A stretch of 64,000 nt of DNA from Candidatus Hydrogenedentales bacterium. Lineage in GTDB: Bacteria > Hydrogenedentota > Hydrogenedentia > Hydrogenedentales > JAEUWI01. The DNA lies in assembly GCA_942492815.1 (NCBI GenBank), contig OW818658.1, forward strand, positions 5,996,284-6,060,283, written 5' to 3'. The translations under genes were made by a program, and so were the position numbers. Below are positions 62,070 through 64,000 of this stretch, one piece after another (position 1 is the first letter of the stretch; each line of letters opens with the position of its first letter). Under the pieces are notes generated by a model. The model made no database searches and had not been told where the DNA came from. It saw only the letters and a list, made by a program, of their open reading frames with translations.

Positions 62070-63332
62070 ATGAAATCGATTAGAAACCCGCTTCTTGTAC
62101 TTGACCGGAAATCCTGGCCGGGGGGCTTTCGCCTATTCCCGATCGCATTGCTCGCGGTGCTGGCGGCGGGTTGTTCGTTGGAGCCCACTCACAAGATCTA
62201 TTACACCGAGACGGTGTCCGCCGTGGATTCCACAAATAAAGTGGGCGTCGACATTTACAAGATCCTGGCAAAAGACGAGGGAAATCTGTGCATCTCGCCG
62301 CTGAGCATCGCGATGAACCTTTCGACCGTCCTGGCCGGCGCGCGCGGGAAGACGGCGAATGAGATCAACGCCGTCCTGGGCATCCCGCCGGGCGGTGGCA
62401 TTCACGAAGGGTTCAGCGAACTTCGCGCGATGATCGAAGGGAGCAACTCCGAGGATTGCCAGACGATATTGGCCAATGTGCTGGCGTATCAGGAAGGCAT
62501 GGACCTGAACGCCCAGTTTTTGGGAATTCTGGACAAGAATTATTCTGCCGCACGACTTCCATTGAATTTCGCGAATCGCTCGGACGATGCGAGGGATCGG
62601 CTGAATACCTGGATCGCAGAAAACACGAAGGGCCGAATCCGGGGCTTTTTGACGGGGGACGATATAACTCCGTACACCAGGGTTATACTTGCGAACGCTC
62701 TTACCTTCGACGCCAAGTGGGATCGGGAATTTGATCCGAAGGTTACAAAGGAAGCACCGTTTTTCCCGGAAGACGAGCGCGAAGTATCCGTTCCCATGAT
62801 GAAGCGGAAAGGTGTCTTCCGCTTATCGGCTCCAGCGGACGGCGTTCAAGTTCTTCGCCTGCCCTATCGCGGAGGACAAGTGGAAATGGTACTGGTGCTG
62901 CCCGTAATGGGTGAAAAACTGAAAACGGTGGAACGGGCGCTTTCCGCCCGGCAGCTTCAACAATGGGTAGATCAGTGCCAGAGCGAGCCATCCGAGGTTT
63001 ACTTACCACGTTTCACAGGTCATACACGTAGCGATCTGCTGGGCGCGCGCTCCCAATTAGGCATGGCATGCGCGTTCAAGCCGACTTGCGCCGACTTTTC
63101 GGGCATCACAAGCGAGCCCTACCACGTTGGTCTGGTAAAGCATGGCTGTTACGTGGAGGTGGATGAGGAAGGCACCAAGGCGGCGGCAGTAACCGCAACT
63201 GGGTTGCTCGGTGGCGGGGCCGGAGATGAATTTCGCGCCGTCCGGCCCTTCCTGTATTTCATCCGCGAAACCACGTCCGGAGCAATCTTGCTGATGGGGC
63301 GTGTCACGAATCCGATGGCGCTGGAAACGTGA
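62070..63332 (+). CDS. serpin-family serine protease inhibitor, lipoprotein
   Basis: Lipobox LAAGCS. Serpin motifs NALTFDAKWDREF, hinge EEGTKAAAVTATG and C-terminal FLYFIRETTSGAILLMGRVTNP. Confidence 0.85.
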   Translation: MKSIRNPLLVLDRKSWPGGFRLFPIALLAVLAAGCSLEPTHKIYYTETVSAVDSTNKVGVDIYKILAKDEGNLCISPLSIAMNLSTVLAGARGKTANEINAVLGIPPGGGIHEGFSELRAMIEGSNSEDCQTILANVLAYQEGMDLNAQFLGILDKNYSAARLPLNFANRSDDARDRLNTWIAENTKGRIRGFLTGDDITPYTRVILANALTFDAKWDREFDPKVTKEAPFFPEDEREVSVPMMKRKGVFRLSAPADGVQVLRLPYRGGQVEMVLVLPVMGEKLKTVERALSARQLQQWVDQCQSEPSEVYLPRFTGHTRSDLLGARSQLGMACAFKPTCADFSGITSEPYHVGLVKHGCYVEVDEEGTKAAAVTATGLLGGGAGDEFRAVRPFLYFIRETTSGAILLMGRVTNPMALET

Positions 63333-63530
63333 GACCGAAGTAAGCCCGTAACATTCTACCCATCCACCGGGACGGGCACGCGCGTTGACGGCCACAATCA
63401 CGTATTTGGCCAATGCCGCGCGGCCGAAATCCGATAGTGGAACCGCGGACGCGCAAAGCTTACAATACAACCCCAATGTGGGAACCAAGGCAAAGCCAAT
63501 GGCCCGAAGCGATTTAAGGAGAGAGTTCGG

Positions 63531-64000
63531 ATGGGGAATATGACCGGCGTGCTCAGCGAGGTGGACGTCACCCGTGACGTGGGAGCAATCGTATTGGGGG
63601 GCGGTCGGGGGACGCGCCTTTATCCCCTGACCAAGGTGCGCGCCAAACCCGCGGTGCCCCTGTGCGGCCGTTACCGGCTCGTGGACATTCCCCTGAGCAA
63701 CTGCCTCAACTCCCAGATCAACAAGATCGCGGTATTGACCCAGTACAACAGCCACTCCCTCAACCGCCACATCAACAACACCTACCGCTTCGACATGTTC
63801 AGCGGCGGCATGGTGGAGGTGCTGGCCGCCGAGCAGACCGATTTGGCCAGCGGCAACGAATGGTTCCAGGGCACGGCGGACGCCGTGCGGAAGCAATTTG
63901 TCCACATCCGCGATCAGGGCGTGTCCCACTATGTCATTCTTTCGGGCGATCAGCTCTATCGCATGGATTACCGGGAACTCCTCGAAACCCACTTTAACAA
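63531..64000 (+). CDS. glgC: glucose-1-phosphate adenylyltransferase (ADP-glucose pyrophosphorylase), 3' partial
   Basis: Hand translation gives [61 protein letters not shown], a classical GlgC N-terminus. Open to the window end, so it is absent from the ORF track. Ribosome-binding site AAGGAGAG upstream. Confidence 0.85.
   Translation, partial: MGNMTGVLSEVDVTRDVGAIVLGGGRGTRLYPLTKVRAKPAVPLCGRYRLVDIPLSNCLNSQINKIAVLTQYNSHSLNRHINNTYRFDMFSGGMVEVLAAEQTDLASGNEWFQGTADAVRKQFVHIRDQGVSHYVILSGDQLYRMDYRELLETHFN

Overview
High-GC (~65%) bacterial chromosomal window. It carries about 45 protein-coding genes, no rRNA, tRNA or CRISPR, and an unusually dense set of intergenic repeat families.

Gene content. 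Many secreted hydrolases: a GH5-like and a GH43 glycoside hydrolase, two tandem BNR/sialidase paralogs, a sulfatase and a neutral ceramidase-like hydrolase. There is also a type IV prepilin-like protein. This profile suggests a Verrucomicrobia- or Planctomycetes-like organism (inference only). Housekeeping genes include fabH, argS, ppiD, hcp, an HU-like protein and glgC (3' partial). A REC-GGDEF diguanylate cyclase gene is divergent from a giant DUF2339-like membrane protein gene. higBA and vapBC toxin-antitoxin pairs and a lipoprotein serpin are present.

Highlight 1. A contiguous cell-envelope glycosylation cluster at 49.2-55.9 kb encodes clear orthologs of mycobacterial DprE1, DprE2 and the UbiA-type decaprenyl-phosphate phosphoribosyltransferase. 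This is the lipid-linked D-arabinofuranose donor pathway, sitting outside its usual actinobacterial context. The cluster also has a DPM1/GtrB-like GT2 and two NAD-dependent sugar epimerases, and ends at a type IV pilin-like gene. The Pseudomonas aeruginosa group IV pilin D-arabinosylation system is the closest known parallel, so this is a candidate pilin or envelope pentosylation system.

Highlight 2. A REP-associated tyrosine transposase (RAYT) gene lies inside about 2 kb of mosaic direct tandem repeats with 184-296 bp units.

Highlight 3. At least five further dispersed repeat families occur:
- inverted arrays of the 9-mer NNCAGRGAC forming REPIN-like hairpins;
- GATC-clustered palindromic elements;
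- CAATTGT/CAACTRT heptamer tandems;
- a MITE-like element built on GGGACNGTCCC;
- an intragenic REP doublet inserted in frame within a PEP-utilizing enzyme gene.
Several genes take their last codons and stop codon from these repeats.

Coordinates. Alternative starts were placed by codon arithmetic from the supplied ORF track. I found apparent 1-nt inconsistencies at some line boundaries when recounting the raw sequence text, so feature boundaries may be off by 1-2 nt.
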